Assembly (NCBI GenBank): GCA_002104945.1
Contig: MCFH01000020.1
Location: forward strand, 756,575-820,574
Length of the DNA stretch: 64,000 nt
From: Piromyces finnis finn
Lineage: Eukaryota > Fungi > Neocallimastigomycota
Direction of reading: 5' to 3'
The position numbers and the translations under genes are program-made. Under the pieces are notes generated by a model. It was given only the letters and a program-made list of their open reading frames with translations, was not told the DNA's origin and ran no database searches. Positions 27,101-42,028 of the stretch are shown here, piece after piece (the first letter of the stretch is position 1; each line of letters starts with the position of its first letter).

Positions 27101-29846
27101 ATGGACAAATAGCTTAGGTCGTCAACGCAATATTAAGAGAATGAGAGAATTGGAAGATGAAATCATTGATTTAAAAGATCAAATGTCAGATCAAAAAGAT
27201 ATAATTGATAAATTAAGATCTGAAAATTCCGATCTAAAAGCAAAAATGACTACTATTGAAATTATTTATCAAAGTTTACCATCTGCTCTTGCTGCTAATC
27301 GTCATTTTACTGTTGATAATTTAGAAAAAACAATTAAACTTTTAGTGGAAGATAATGAAGAACAGTTTAAACGTATTAAGAACTTAAGTAAAGATAATCA
27401 AGATATAAAAAAGAAACTTCGTGAAGCAGAAGCAGAAAATGAAATGCAACAAAAGAGAATGAATAAAATGGAAAAGCAAACTCTTCAAAGCCTTCGTTCT
27501 CCAATATCACCACGTTCTGAATCATTAAAGAAAATTGCTGGTGGTGATTCAGATACCCAACAATTAAAGGTAGAAGTTTGCAATTTGAAAAAGGAGATAT
27601 TTGATCAAGGTAATGAAATTTCACGATTAGAACGTGATTTAAAGCTTTCTCAAGGTCAAAATAATGATATGAAGAATGATTTGAATGAAAGTAAGAATAG
27701 AGAAGAAAAGTATAAAAAGGAAGCTAAAGACTTGGAATCTGAAATTAGAAAGGTTGAAGATGACTACAAAAAGGCTAGAGATGAAGCCGAAGATCAACGT
27801 ATTAAGATCGAAACTCTTAAGAATCATATCAGTGAATTAGAACGTGAAGTGAACAGCAAAAAGTTAGCCCAACGTTCTGCTTCTGATGAGTTAAGTTCTA
27901 AACGTCAAGAATTATTAGATACAGCCGAAGATCTTAACGCTCTTCGTGAAGAAAATAAAAACTTAAAGAAAAAATTGAAAGAAGCGACAGGTGAACAAAG
28001 CCAACTTACTAGAGATGTTTCTAAAAACAATTTAGAATTAGGTGAATATAAATCAAAATACAATAAGATACAAGAAGAATTTGACCAATTAAATAGTAGA
28101 TATGAATCTCTTCAACATGAATTAGAGGATGTTAAGTATGAATTAGAAAGCGAAGAAGCTAAAACAAAGAAATTAAGAGAAACAAATAATACTCTTCAAG
28201 AAAAATACGATACACTTTTAATTGAAAAACAATCACAAGAAAGAGGAAATAATATCGATAAAAAGAAGCAAAATGATCAATTAGCCGATGCTGAAAATAG
28301 AATTCTAAGTGTTAAGCATGAACTGAATAAGGTTCAAGAAGAATTAAATGATAAGAACTCTCAAATAAGAAAAGCAGAAGATAATGAAAAGAAATTATTA
28401 AGAGAATTAGAAGATGTTAAGATGGACTACAAATATTTAAAGGATGAACATACAACTATGTCAGATGCTCACTCTAAATTACTTGACGAACAACTTTCCA
28501 TGAAACGTAAATTAGAAGATATGAAAAATGAAAGAGACGAATTTGAAGAAAATTGTAAACGTCGTTTCAAAAATGAAATTCGTGACCTTCAACATGCTCT
28601 TCAAGATGCAGAAGATGAAGTTGATCAACAGGCTATTCGCGTTAAAGAATATCAATCAAAATATGAAGATGAAGTTAATAATTCAAAGAGTCTTCGTGAT
28701 GAATTGGATAGTCTTAAGCAAAATGTTGCTTCAGCTAGAAACTTGATGAATGATACACTTTCCAACAAAGAAAAAGAATTAGAAGAAGCCATTAAAAAGG
28801 TAAAGGAAGCTGAATCTAAATCAGGCGATTCTCAATTAAAGGTAGAAAATATGGAAAAATTAGTTGAAGATATTCAAAACCAATTAACACGATCTGAAAA
28901 TGCATTAGTTGATTTCAAAGCAAAGTCTTTCCAAGAACGTGAACAATTCCAGGAAAAGATTGAAAATCTGAACCAAAAAGTAAAGGAAGCTGAAGAGAAT
29001 AATAGAATGTTAGAAAGAGATCTTAAAGAATGTCGTAAGAAGGCTAATGAACAAGAAGAAGAATTATCTCACTCAAATAAGGAAATTGACCGAATTATAG
29101 AACAACATGAAAAGGATATGAAGTCACTCACTGATTCTTATCAAAGTATGATTGATGATTTAGAAGAGAAATTATCCGAAGCTGAATCAATTCGTGATAA
29201 ATTAGATGATTTAGAATTCAAATATCAAAATGAAGCTGAAAAGTGGAATAGATCAAAGAGTGATTATGAAAAGGAAATATTAGAATTGACTGAAGAACAA
29301 ACTCAATCTAAGAAAAAATTGGATGATCTTCATAATGAATTAATGCAAGCTCGTCAAAGAGATACAGGAGCCACTTTTGATGAAGTTCAAAATCTTAAAG
29401 ATAGAGAACAAACCTTAACCGAAGAATTAAAAAAGAGAGAAGAAAGAGAAGTAAGATTGGAAGCTGAATTAGAAGCTACTTTGAAGGAATTTGAAAGACT
29501 TACAATGAATATTGCTGATTTCGAAGGAGAAAAGATGAAAATGAATAAATTGAATAAAGAACAAAAAGAAGAAATAGAAGATCTTCGTAAGAAGTTACAA
29601 GAAGCCACAGTAGATAACTTAGGTAGTAAAGTTGCAGCAAATGCTACAGCTAGAACTAAGGAACAAACAATGCGTAATGAATTTAGAAAAATGATTCAAG
29701 AAGTTAGAGAAGATTATCAAAAGCAATTAAAGAAAGAAAGTGATCGTAATAATGAATTAGATCAAACAATTAAACAGATGAAACGTGAAAAGGATATGAT
29801 GTCTTATCGTACATGTAATATTGGTACTCAAACCAGTATCTATTAA
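24200..29846 (+). CDS. Uds1 (up-regulated during septation) domain long coiled-coil protein with an N-terminal Arg/Asp-rich region
   Basis: Exons about 24200-24205 (ATG GCA), 24289-24348, 24859-25825, 25973-26111, 26258-29846 join in frame. The segment STNCYILKKESFEIIQDKI...KLQSESSIQESVINI...STNRKLDKLAADLFKTNDKL...YFSHIVGV fits the Uds1 domain. The C-terminal EFRKMIQEVRED motif is typical of this fungal family. Confidence 0.75.
25190..25480 (+). repeat. Coding (AGAGAT)n-like repeat giving RD/RE dipeptides and repeated RS(R/K)T(L/I)DR motifs
   Basis: Visible in ORF 24990..25853. It also explains the antisense poly-(LS) shadow ORF 25070..25537. Confidence 0.9.
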
Positions 29847-30935
29847 TTCTAACTATTTATTTTGCTTTTTTTTTTTTTATTAATTCCCGGAAAATCATTA
29901 AAATATAACTATCAAAATAATACCACAATACTAAAAGTATAAAAATTAAAATAAATAAATAATAACAAACAACAAAATCACCACAATAATATCATCACAA
30001 TAATTAATCCTAAAAAAATAAATAAAAAAAATATAACAAAAATTTAAATCACCAAATAAATAAAAAATACAAATTATAATTAAATATAAACCAATCCCAA
30101 AGAGACAACAACGAGATATCCTAAATGTCAGTATATATAAATATATAAATGTCAATAATATTACTACAAAAATACAATGTATATAAGTTAAATACAATAA
30201 AAAAAAATTTTTTTTTATTATTATTATTAATAAGAAATAATACTATTATTAAGAAAAAAGAAAAGTGACAATTTTTATAAATAATAATTTTTATAAATAA
30301 TGATAGTCTATATTATTTCAGTTAAATTAATTAATAATATTAATTTAATATGAATTATAATTTTTATTTAATATACTTTTCAATGAAATAAAAAAAGGTA
30401 TTTTTTTTTTTTTTTTTTAATAATTAGAATAAAGAAAAAGAGAAAGTAATCTATATATAATAAAAAAATAATACATAATAGAAATAATATTTATAAATCA
30501 ATTCATTTCTTTTTTTCATAAAGATATATATAACCTTTTAAACAAACAAACAAACAAACAAAAAAAAAAAAAAAAAAAAAAGAACTGTATTATTTTTCCC
30601 TTTTCTATCAAAAAAAAAGTTTTTTTTTTATACTTTTATAAATATTATCTATCCGATTTTTTTATTTTATTATAAAATATTTCTTTTTAATTTTAACTAA
30701 TAAAAATATAAAAAAAATAAAATAAATATAAAAAATGTTTCTTATATTTAATAAACATATAAATTTAGATATAGAATTTATTTTTTAATTTACTATTTAT
30801 GCCTATAAATAATATAAAATAAATAAATAAAAATATTTTAAGAAAAAAAAAAAAAAAACATATTAACAACTATATTTGAATTTTTGTTTCAATTTTTATT
30901 TTATTGTAAAATAAATAATAAATAATAATAATTGC

Positions 30936-30968
<33 letters not shown>

Positions 30969-31128
30969 TAACTTTATTGAATTTTAATAAAATAGTAAAA
31001 AAAAAATTTTTTTAAAAATTTATTCTTATTAATCATGAACAATTAATTATATTAAATAAATATATATATATAGGTTTTTTTTATATTGGATTATAGATTC
31101 TAATTTTATTTAAAAAAAAAATTCGCAT

Positions 31129-32421
31129 CTATTCTAAAACTTCTTCTGGAATACCAGATTTTAATGTCCAGGTAGAACCATGAGATGTTGCTAATTCTTT
31201 CAATATTTTACTATAAATAGTAGTTGGAATCTTACTTAATTGGGCAGCTGTAACTAATTTATTTAAAATACTCTTTTGAATACTTTGATTCTTCTCAAAG
31301 TAATTGATTAATAATTGACGATACTATAATATTTAAATAAATAAATAAATAAAAATAAAATTAAATGAATATTACTGAAATATAATAAAAGAAATTTTAA
31401 TATTAAAATTATATACTATATAAAAATCATTAACTTACGAGATCAACTTGTTCATCACCTGATGTTTTTAAAACATAAACATTCTTTCTAATAGATATAC
31501 AATATTTATTAAGTTTAGCTCTAATCATAGCTTGAGTAACATTATCACGGATTTTATTTGAAGAAAAGGCTTTATTTTATATAAAACAAAGGTATTATTT
31601 AATAAAAATTGTTGTTGTTAAATAAAATAGGAAAACTTAATATATATATAATAATGCATATAAAAAAATATATTTGTATAATTACTTGAGCGTTGACGAA
31701 TATTAATTAAACTCATAATGTAAGTTAACTTCAAAACACCATAATTCTTAAATAATTGATAAATTAAATTATCTAATTGTTCATCAACTGTTTGCCCCTT
31801 TATCATATAATGCTGAGTTGGAAGTAAATCATCAGAAAGTTTAACAATCTTAACATCTTCATCTTCTTCAACAGTATCAACTTCCATGGTATCATTATTC
31901 TTAATTTTTGATTTAGATGGAAGACTATTTGCTTTAGTTAAAATCTTCATAGACCTAATACATTAATACATAATATATAAATAAAAATATTCCAATTTAT
32001 TAATATTAAGTAATAAAAGTGATAAAAATATATATCTTTTACTAATTGACTTACATAGCTAATTCCTTGTTGAAAGCTTCTTCTTGTCTTGAAACAACTT
32101 CTGGGAATCTATTAGTAGAAAAAATTAATATTTTTTTTTTTTAATTTTAAAGTTAAAATTTATTTTATAAAAGTATATTTACTTCTTTTCAAATGCCTTG
32201 TTACGTGGGAATTTTAATTGCCATCCTTTACTATCTTTTCCACGATCACAGGTAGCAATTTCAGAAAACATTTCATAACTCATTTGTGGGTAAATATGAG
32301 TAAATTCGATAAATTCTTTTCTATTAACATAATCTTTAGTTTTGAATAAAGATAAAAGGTATTGACGAGCATGGTAGGAATAGTCTTTATATGAAATTTC
32401 ACTATAAAATATAGTAATTAA

Positions 32422-32486
<65 letters not shown>

Positions 32487-33749
32487 TAAATATAAAAAAG
32501 GAAAAAAAAATAAAAAAATTTAAAAATATTAATATAAATATATATTTTCAATAATATTATTGTATATATACACAAATAATAAAGACATATATTTTAAATA
32601 TATTTAAATTTACCTCTTTAATACCCAGTTTCCCTTAATTAAAATAGCGTACTTTTCTAATTCTTTTATAATAATTTCATCTTTAGTAACATTTGTTTTT
32701 ATAAGACTCTTAATGTTATCATATGTCATAATAAATGCTAAATAATATAAATATAAATGTATATTTAGTGATTATTATATATATTAAAATATAAAATTAT
32801 ATAGTCCTACAATTAAATATTAATGATCTAAGTTGTGGTCCTAATGGTAAAGTATGAATATCATTTAATGGTAAACCTTGAGAGTAACTGTAAGTTTTTT
32901 CAATATTTCTATATAAAATTATGAATTTTTTATGGTTAATAATTATATTTGTTTTCACTTTTATTATTATTACTATTATTAAAAAATGATAAAAAAAATA
33001 TTACTCTGTAGTAGAAACATATGGATGAATTCTATCAAGATAATCTTCAGTACTTTTATTAAATTCAATTTCTTCTTTAACTTCAGTTTGAATACCATTA
33101 TTACTTTTTGATTGTTCAGTCTTTAGAAACAATGATTTTATATTACATATTAATATATAAATGTTTAAAGAGAAATATAAATTAATTATTGATAATAATA
33201 TAAAAACAAAAATTACTATTAAATAAAAGTATATATATATAAAAAAAAAAAAATACTTCTGGCATATATATTTGTAAGAGAGACCATGGTTCTTCTTCCG
33301 CTATTCTTTGTTGAATTAAAATCTCATCTTGTAAAGTAGTAGCTTCAGTCTTTTTAACTTGCATCTAATAAAATTAAGAAAATATATTGTTTTTTGTGTT
33401 TTTTTGTCAATTATTTTATTTTAAGGAGAAAGTATTACTATTCAAGATTTTAATTCTAATTTTAATTTTTTATTTTTATTTTTATTATTATTATTTTTAT
33501 TATTATTATTATTATTATTATTACTTGAACAAGTCTTGAAACCGGTTCTTGTTCATCTTCATTTTCTTTTGAGCTTTTTAATTTTTCAATTTTATCAATA
33601 TTATCTAAATATTTGAAATTTGGACGAAGTTGTAATAATGCTGAAATTGGTGAAATATGAAGTCCATCTATTTTATTATTAATAATTAACATTTAGATTA
33701 TTATTATTATTTCTATTTCTACTTCTATTCCAATAAAAAAAAAGTATAA

Positions 33750-33784
<35 letters not shown>

Positions 33785-34420
33785 ATTCTTTACTACACCG
33801 AACATATAATTTCCATTTTTTGGTAAAAGTGATGAAGATAAAGTTTGCTTTTCTAATGTTTCGGCTTTTTTAATAAGTTTACGTCCTGGGCCAATACTAC
33901 TTTCTTCAACCAAACCTCTTGATAATTCATCAGCTTTTTGTCTATCATAAGTAACAGCACCAGTATTTATTGTTAAATCCAATTCTAATTGTTGAGCATT
34001 TGGCTTAATTCTTCCTTCAACTGGCATATTAAATTCATTGAAAGGTTGAGTTCTTATTGGATATTGTAATAAATAATGTGGATTTTTTGGATTTGATAAA
34101 AAAATATCAATTTGTTGAACTATTATTAAATTAATAATAATTAATTCATATTTAATATAATATTATCAATAATATGCCATTTTATATAAATAATTATATG
34201 AAAAAGGAATAATTTAAGAATAAGATGTTGAAATAAATTAAAATTTAATTTTTAAAATTTCAAAATCAAATTTCAAAATCAACAATTTTAAAATATTTTA
34301 AAACAAAATATTAGATACTGTCTATTTTCATATTTAATGATGATGATATATAAATATTTATTTATTTATTAAAAAAAAGAAGATATTTATATCTTTACCA
34401 ATTTCATCCTCTGATTCCAT
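31129..34420 (-). CDS. POLR3E: RNA polymerase III subunit RPC5 (Rpc37/Sin-like)
   Basis: Spliced N-terminus MESEDEIVQQIDIFLSNPKNPHYLLQYPIR, followed by IKPNAQQLELDL, GLHISPISALLQLRPNFKYLD, AEEEPWSLL and AILIKGNWVLKSE. All introns checked are GT-AG and in frame; TAG at 31129-31131. Confidence 0.9.
32422..32482. repeat. (AAT)n microsatellite, about 20 units, intronic
   Basis: Direct inspection. Similar tracts at about 40369-40407, 40825-40876 ((AAC)n then (AAT)n, just upstream of the ENDOV ATG) and 46510-46540. Confidence 0.95.
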
Positions 34421-37400
34421 GATGTTTTTTTTTTTTTTTTTGATTAGTATTATTAACAATAAGATATAAAAAGATTACTTTATTTTAACAAATATAGAGA
34501 AAATTCTATTAGATTCTATAGTAAAAATAAATGATGAAATATTCTATATATTTATGTATTTATTCTATAAATAATATTAAAAGTAAATTCTTTTAAAATT
34601 TCTTTCTAATTTCAAGCTTTTTAATCAAAAATTAGTTTTTAAAAATATAATATTGCAATATAATAATATAATATAATATAATAAAATTTTTCTACAAATT
34701 TATTGGACAAGATTTTGATTTTTAAAAAAAAATAATAAATAAAATTATGACTTCATGATATCCATGTGAAATTATGTTTATAAAGCATAATTGTATGTTG
34801 ACCATTTTTTGAAGTATTTTAAAATTTTAATAAAAAAGTTTATAAATTCATTTAATATGTTGTTATATATATTGTATTCTTAAAAAATACTTTAATTATA
34901 TTTAAGTATTTGTAAATTATAAAAATTAAAAAAAAAAAATTACAAAAAGGTTTTTAATTCTATGAATCTTCAAAAATAATTCTTTTTGATTGTTGTGATA
35001 CATAAACTAATAGAGAGATCTATGTTAAAACCCTCAAATAAAATTAGAAAAAAATTTTGCTAACTCCATATTAAAAGATTATGAGGAAAAAGACTTTATT
35101 AAAAAGTTTAATAAATTTTAAATTATACAAACTATTCTCTGACCTAATGTTTAAAACTTCAATTAATTTTAGTAAAATTATATTAAGTTAGGATTTCTAA
35201 TGATAAATAAAAATTAATGAATTTAAATATGATATAATCAAAATAAAAAAAAAAGTTTGATATACTATTATTGCTGTTATAACTTTAATAGTAAAATTAA
35301 GTATTTAAAAAAGAGCCCCTTTTTTAATTACTTCATTTTCCATAACATTTTATTTTATTGCTTAATTAATAAGGGTTCTTTTAATTTAATATTTTTCAGT
35401 TTTATAGTTATAGCATAATAATATAAGAGTAAATATTCTTCATTTCTTCTTTTTTTTTAAATATATAGAATTAGTTGATTAATTTATATTTATTAAATTG
35501 AGTAAGTAATTAAATAAGAACTAGTATTTTCTTTTGTTTAAATTCTCTTTAATATTTTTCTATCTTTAATTTTTTATTTACTATTTATTATTAATTTTAA
35601 TAATAAATATGTAAAGATATAAAAAAATTTTTTTTTGTTTCCTCTTAGTGTATGTATTAATTAAATTTATTTAAATTTAATTATAAAAATATTAAAGATA
35701 TATTAATTATTAATTTTTAACTATTGGGTAATCTCTTCAGTTAAGGTTACACGATTTTATTAGATTTAAATACAATTCTTTTAATATGTATTATATATTA
35801 CTCAAATTCTATTAATTAGAAATAAAAGTTTATTAATCTTTACATTATGAAAACTTTAACAAGTTTGTATTTTTCCCAATAATAATAGAAATATACTTTT
35901 ATATCAATGATTATATATAATTATATATTGATTAATAAGAAACTACTATATATTATTTTATTTTTTTTAATTCAAAGTTCTGTGGTTATCCTTATTAATA
36001 ATACATTGTTTATTTTATAGGTATAATAAATTTATACTGTATTACTTTTCGAATAATAATAAATAATACTTACTTAATCTTATTAAAAATTAGTTTATTT
36101 TAAAAAAGATATTTTTTATATTTATTTTGAAAGTGCAGTATATTTTTTTTATTCAAACATATTTATAATTCAACAGTCTTTCTTAAAAAAAGAAGAAAAA
36201 CTAATAAATATAATAATATATATTATTGTTGACATAAATAGAAAATTTATTTTATAGTTTTAGATGTAAGTAAGAATTATTAATAAATTTTAATTATTAC
36301 TAAAAACATAAACTTTTTTTTTGACAATTATAAAATTTGGTAAAATACATTTTAATATATTTCAATATATAATTTAACATATATTATTACATTAATTATG
36401 ATTTTATATATTTATTGTAATTAGAAATAGAAAAGAATACATATATATATACATAAATATATAAATATGGAAGGTTATGAAAATATTTTTTTTTTATCAA
36501 AATTCTTTTATTCATAAAGTGTTAATTGATTACATTTGTATTTAACTTAGGTAATAATGATAACTCTTTAATAATTCTTTCAATCATCATTATTATACTA
36601 TTTAATTTTATTACAAAAAAAAAGTAACTTCACATTAAATATGCCGTTTTTTTTTTTTATTGTTTCAAATAATAAAAAAAATAATTTTTTTAGTATTAAA
36701 TTATTATATGTTATAATATTATTATAATATATAATATAATATAATATATTTCAATATAAAAGATTTTTTATTTTATTTTTCTCATATATTATAACATATT
36801 AATTCTAAATAAATATAATTATAATTAAAGAATTATAAATAATAAATGATAAAAAAAAATAAAATAAAATAAAGTTTAATTATTGTTATTATTATAAAAA
36901 ATGATATAAATAAATATTAATATTATTAATATAAATACATACATATATTTTCTAAATTATTTTCTAGTTTTGTTATGAAAAGTTAAATAATAAAATAATA
37001 AAGAGGTTTTGGTTATATGTAGGATAAAGATAAATATAATTTATAATTTATAATATATATAAATTTATCATTATTATTATTAAGAGATAAAAAAAATTAT
37101 TGATATACATTTATAAATAAACAACACTTATTATAGTATAAATCACAAACAATTAAATTAAGAAATTAAATAACTAAGAATCTTAAAAATAACAATGCTC
37201 ATAACTTTATAAAAATAATATATAAATATAATAAGCATATATATATTGTATCGATAATAATAAAATTCTTAAAATATAAAAATTAAATTAAATATAATAA
37301 ACAATTTGTTAAATCTACAATTTTATATAAAAAAATTAAATTATTTAAAATAAAATACTAAAATAATAAAAACAAAAATTATAGCAACAACAACAAAATA

Positions 37401-37480
37401 ATAAACTATATGCAATATATTTTTCTTTCTTATATTTCTTAAAAATAACTCAAATATTTAATATAAAATAAATATTCAAA

Positions 37481-40177
37481 ATGAAATTATTTAAAAGAAA
37501 TCAATCTGTGAAAAAACAGGATGAAAATTATAATAAAATTTTAAATGAAAGTGAATTGGAGCCATATCCATATACCCCAACTCTTGATGCAGATGATATG
37601 AGTTTATCAGCAAAAGAAAGTTTGTTAAGTAGTGGAGATATAGAGAGTCGTTATGTTAATAGTAATTTTAATAATTCACAAAGCTTTACAGGTATGTCAG
37701 GAAAGGAAGATAATGGAAGTACAATTAAAAAAAGAGATTCATTTTTCAATGAAATACAGCAGAGAGAGGTTAATAATAAAAATACTTCATTTGTTATTCG
37801 TGGATCTCAATTCTATGGTGATGAATGTTCATCAATTCATGGTGAAATTGGTGTTTATGATGATGCTGAATCTGTAACAGATATTGGTACAACTGTTACA
37901 AATTCCTCAAAAGCAACTACACAATATTCCAAAACAGTTAGAGAAGAAATGTCTGAAGCTACATCAAACTATCAGAATTCATCAGAAAATAATTATACGA
38001 ATCTTCAAACTCAATCCATTTATGCAACACCTATCTTTTCAGGATTTTTATACAAATTAGGAAGAAATAAGCGTTGGCAATGGCGTATGTTTTGTTTTGA
38101 CGGTATGTCATTAGCCTGTCTTTCATCGAAGTGCAAACCAAAATATGTCATTCCCCTCGATAAAATAGAGTCTATAAAACTTCTACATCGTAATGCACCA
38201 GAATATAAACCAAATACTTTTGTAATTACAGTAGAAAAGAATGATTGCAAAGGTGAAATGGATGAAGGTTTTTTCCCTTATTCAGAAGCTTCTATATCAA
38301 ATGATCCATTAAGACCAAAAAGAACATTTTCTATTGGTTATTATTCATATTTACTGAGAGCAAAAACTAGCGTTGATTTAGAAAGATGGATGTTTGTATT
38401 ATTAACTATGTATGGTGTCATGAAAAAAGAAAAAATGATGAATTCTACATCTTTTAGTATTTCTACAGCACCACCACAACCAATGTTTTCATTTACTTCA
38501 AATTCTTATGACAATTCATTCCAATCAAGAAATGACCATTCATATAGTCGCCAAAGGATAAATAGTTATGATAGTGCAAATAATAGTGAAATGATATCAT
38601 CAAATAGTGATTCTTTGAGACAAATAAAAATTCCAAGTTTATCTTTTGCACCCCCTCTTTCCACTATGATTACATCACAATATAAAGACAGAGTTGGTAG
38701 TTTGAATACACACGTAAGTACCAGCACTCCAACAACACCAATTAGCAGCAATAATAATAGTGCAAAAAATAGCAATTCTAAGTTGAATTTTTCAAGTCCT
38801 GGAACTAAAGATGGTAAAGTTGAGATAGTTTCTGCACAACGTTACAGAGATCCAAACTATAATCCTGTAAATTATACATCCGATTTAAGTAATCTAAGAT
38901 TAGAATCAAGAAGGAATAATAAACAAGCCTATAGAAATCCATATATTTCATCCAAAGAAAACAATAATAATATAAATGTTAGATCTGTTAATTCTTTAAC
39001 TTCTAATAATATAGTAGCTTCACCAACAAACATTGGTAGTGGTAATGTAGCACCTTCTCCTAATCAACCTAGAAAAGCTTCATTGAATTCACCGAAGAGC
39101 AACCGTATATCACCTCGTGGGTCACCAAAAGTTAATAGAAGTAATAATCGTGTAGGTAGAGAATCGGTAATTGTTTCATCTATTATGCAAGATTTTATTT
39201 TCAATGATTTTGATAAAGATGTTGAAATTGATGATTCTCTTAAAGAATATGCTGTTCAATCTTTACGTTTATTCTCACTTGCTGAACAAAAAGCTATTGT
39301 GGAAAATGTACATCAAGCTTGGAAATTAGGAAAAGAAGAGGATGAAGAAATATTAGATGTTTTAGTAGAAGAGCTAAAAAGAACAACAGTTACTGTTGAG
39401 AATAAACATGAATCTGTTGTGAGTCAAATAGCACAAATTGAAATAATGGATGATGATGATGATGATGATGATAACGATGATCAAAATAAAAATCCACCAG
39501 ACAATACATTTATTTCATTTGCAGTTGATATGAATATTGATGAAAATGAAAATGATAGTAAAATTTACCGTAATAGAAGTACTGGTCATATTAATAAGCG
39601 TAATGGTTCGAATAATTCAATATCTGAAAATATTACAAAACAAGATAGTTATCAAGGAAACAATAGAAAATCAATGGATTATAGAAATTCAGCTTACGTA
39701 CAGAAAGCATGGAGAAATTCAATTGCATCATTATTAAATTTAGATAGTGAAATGAATGTAAGCCTTGGTCTTTCAAATTTTTGCCCAACACTTTCTCGTA
39801 ATAATGGGGAACTCCGTAGTAGTAATAGTCAATATTCTAATATTTATCCTTCTGATCATTTAAGTAGATCTAGAGAAAATTCATTAAATAATTATAATAA
39901 AAATCTTGGTCGTGGTGAAAGCAATGCTATTAAACCACGTATAGTTAATAATACTAAATTATCTACATTTAATAGTTTAAATCGTGGAAAAGCTATTTAT
40001 CTGGGTGACGTTGAAGATGAAAGTGATAGTGATGATAGTGAGAGTGAAGATGATGAAATAGATAGACCTGTTCGTAAAGATTCAATGAATCCACGTAATC
40101 AAAAAAAGAATAGAATGAGTTATATTCCAAAAGGACGTCCATTCAGTTATTATTTAAGTAAAAAACGTACAAAGTAA
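37481..40177 (+). CDS. PH-domain protein, single exon, 898 aa, otherwise Ser/Asn-rich
   Basis: Intact ORF. PH pattern FSGFLYKLGRNKRWQWRMFCFDG...YVIPLDKIESI...NTFVIT...YLLRAKTSVDLERWMFVL. Confidence 0.85.
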   Translation: MKLFKRNQSVKKQDENYNKILNESELEPYPYTPTLDADDMSLSAKESLLSSGDIESRYVNSNFNNSQSFTGMSGKEDNGSTIKKRDSFFNEIQQREVNNKNTSFVIRGSQFYGDECSSIHGEIGVYDDAESVTDIGTTVTNSSKATTQYSKTVREEMSEATSNYQNSSENNYTNLQTQSIYATPIFSGFLYKLGRNKRWQWRMFCFDGMSLACLSSKCKPKYVIPLDKIESIKLLHRNAPEYKPNTFVITVEKNDCKGEMDEGFFPYSEASISNDPLRPKRTFSIGYYSYLLRAKTSVDLERWMFVLLTMYGVMKKEKMMNSTSFSISTAPPQPMFSFTSNSYDNSFQSRNDHSYSRQRINSYDSANNSEMISSNSDSLRQIKIPSLSFAPPLSTMITSQYKDRVGSLNTHVSTSTPTTPISSNNNSAKNSNSKLNFSSPGTKDGKVEIVSAQRYRDPNYNPVNYTSDLSNLRLESRRNNKQAYRNPYISSKENNNNINVRSVNSLTSNNIVASPTNIGSGNVAPSPNQPRKASLNSPKSNRISPRGSPKVNRSNNRVGRESVIVSSIMQDFIFNDFDKDVEIDDSLKEYAVQSLRLFSLAEQKAIVENVHQAWKLGKEEDEEILDVLVEELKRTTVTVENKHESVVSQIAQIEIMDDDDDDDDNDDQNKNPPDNTFISFAVDMNIDENENDSKIYRNRSTGHINKRNGSNNSISENITKQDSYQGNNRKSMDYRNSAYVQKAWRNSIASLLNLDSEMNVSLGLSNFCPTLSRNNGELRSSNSQYSNIYPSDHLSRSRENSLNNYNKNLGRGESNAIKPRIVNNTKLSTFNSLNRGKAIYLGDVEDESDSDDSESEDDEIDRPVRKDSMNPRNQKKNRMSYIPKGRPFSYYLSKKRTK

Positions 40178-40367
40178 GATTTATCAAAAAAAAAAAAAAA
40201 AAAGTATAACACTTTGTCAAATTTTATCTGTAAAAATAATTTTAGTGTGTATTTTTTAAAATTTATATAATACATTCAGTTAGAATAGTAGAATAGTATA
40301 AAAAATATTATTATTATTATTATTTGTAAAACGATATTTTTTATTCATAATATATAAATTTTACTGC

Positions 40368-40410
<43 letters not shown>

Positions 40411-40824
40411 TTTAAAATGTTAATAATTTACCTATAAATTTTATATATTTAAATCTATAGTAATAATTTAAAAATAAATAAATAAATAAAATAAAAGACA
40501 TAAAAGTCAACAACTTTTATCTCTTACTAATAGCAAATAAAAAATTAAAAAATAAATAAATAAAAAATAAAGGAAATTGAAATATCAAATAATTAACTTT
40601 TATAATAATATAATTATAAATTTATTCAAATGGAAAGATTTTGAAATTTTTTAAGGTATATAATATGAAATATGAAATAGCTATTAATAATTTTTTTAAA
40701 AAAAAATAAAAATAAAAAATAAAAATACATATTTTATTAAATATATAAAAAGATAAAAAGATTTTATTTTTTAATTTTTATTAATATTTATTTTAAATAC
40801 TTGAGTAATATGGTTTAACAAAAT

Positions 40825-40860
<36 letters not shown>

Positions 40861-40876
40861 AATAATAATAATAATA

Positions 40877-42028
40877 ATGATTGAAGAAATTAAAAAAGTG
40901 GAAGAGCAATGGATAAAAGAACAATTAGAATTGAAAAAAAAATTAATACTTAAAAATGAACTTTCATTCAACCCAGAAACTTTGGAAAATCTCAAAAGAA
41001 TAGGCGGTGTAGATATTTCATTTTTTAAAGAAGATCCTAATAAAGCTGTAGCTTCACTTATAGTTTTAGACTATCCTTCTTTTAATATTATCTATGAAGA
41101 TAACGAAATAGTACCATTAACACTACCATATATTGCTGGGTTTTTAGCCTTTCGAGAAGTACCAGCTATTGAAAAATTATATAAAAAATTGGTTGAAAAA
41201 GATAAAGAAAATGAAGGTAATAATATAAAAATTATAAATTTAATTATTTTCTAAAATTCAAAATGGTTCTTCATTAAAATTTTAATAAAATGCAAATAGT
41301 ACAATAATATTTATTATTCCTTTTTTTTTTCAATAATAATTAAATAATAAATTGTATATTATAATTATTATTATTCTCTCCATATATAAATATATATATT
41401 TTATTTGAAATCTATATTTGTCTAAATATTTAAAAGAAAGTAAATTACCACAAGTAATTTTTGTTGATGGTAATGGATATCTTCACCCTAGACAATTTGG
41501 ATTTGCATGTCATTTAGGAGTAATATTAGATATCCCTACTATTGGCGTTGGAAAAAACTTTTTAGTTATTGAAGATGGTGTTGAGATGTCTATGAGCTAT
41601 GTAAAAAATAAATGGAAAACAGAAACACTTCCTCAACACAAAGATAGACAGCCTCTAATAGGCAAATCTAAAACATTATATGGATATGCTATAAAATCAA
41701 ATGAAACTACTACTAATCCTATATTTGTATCTATAGGACATAAAATTGATATAAATACTGCAATTAAAATTGTACTTAAAACATGTGTAAAAAGAGGTAT
41801 TTTATTAATATTACTGAAATTGATATACTTTATAATTAAAAGTACATTAATTAATACCACATACAAAATGTTATATATATATATATTAAATAAAATAAAA
41901 TAAAACAATCTCTAACATATATTTCTTTTCAAAATTTAAATAAATTATTTGTAGTTCCTGAACCAATTCGCCAAGCAGATTTAAGGTCAAGAAAATGTGT
42001 TAGAGAAATTTTAAAATCTCATAAATAA
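40877..42028 (+). CDS. ENDOV: Endonuclease V
   Basis: Three exons. Catalytic motifs IGGVDISF, PYIAGFLAFRE, IFVDGNGYLHPRQFGFACHLG, PTIGVGKN, PIFVSIGH and VPEPIRQADLRSR. Confidence 0.95.
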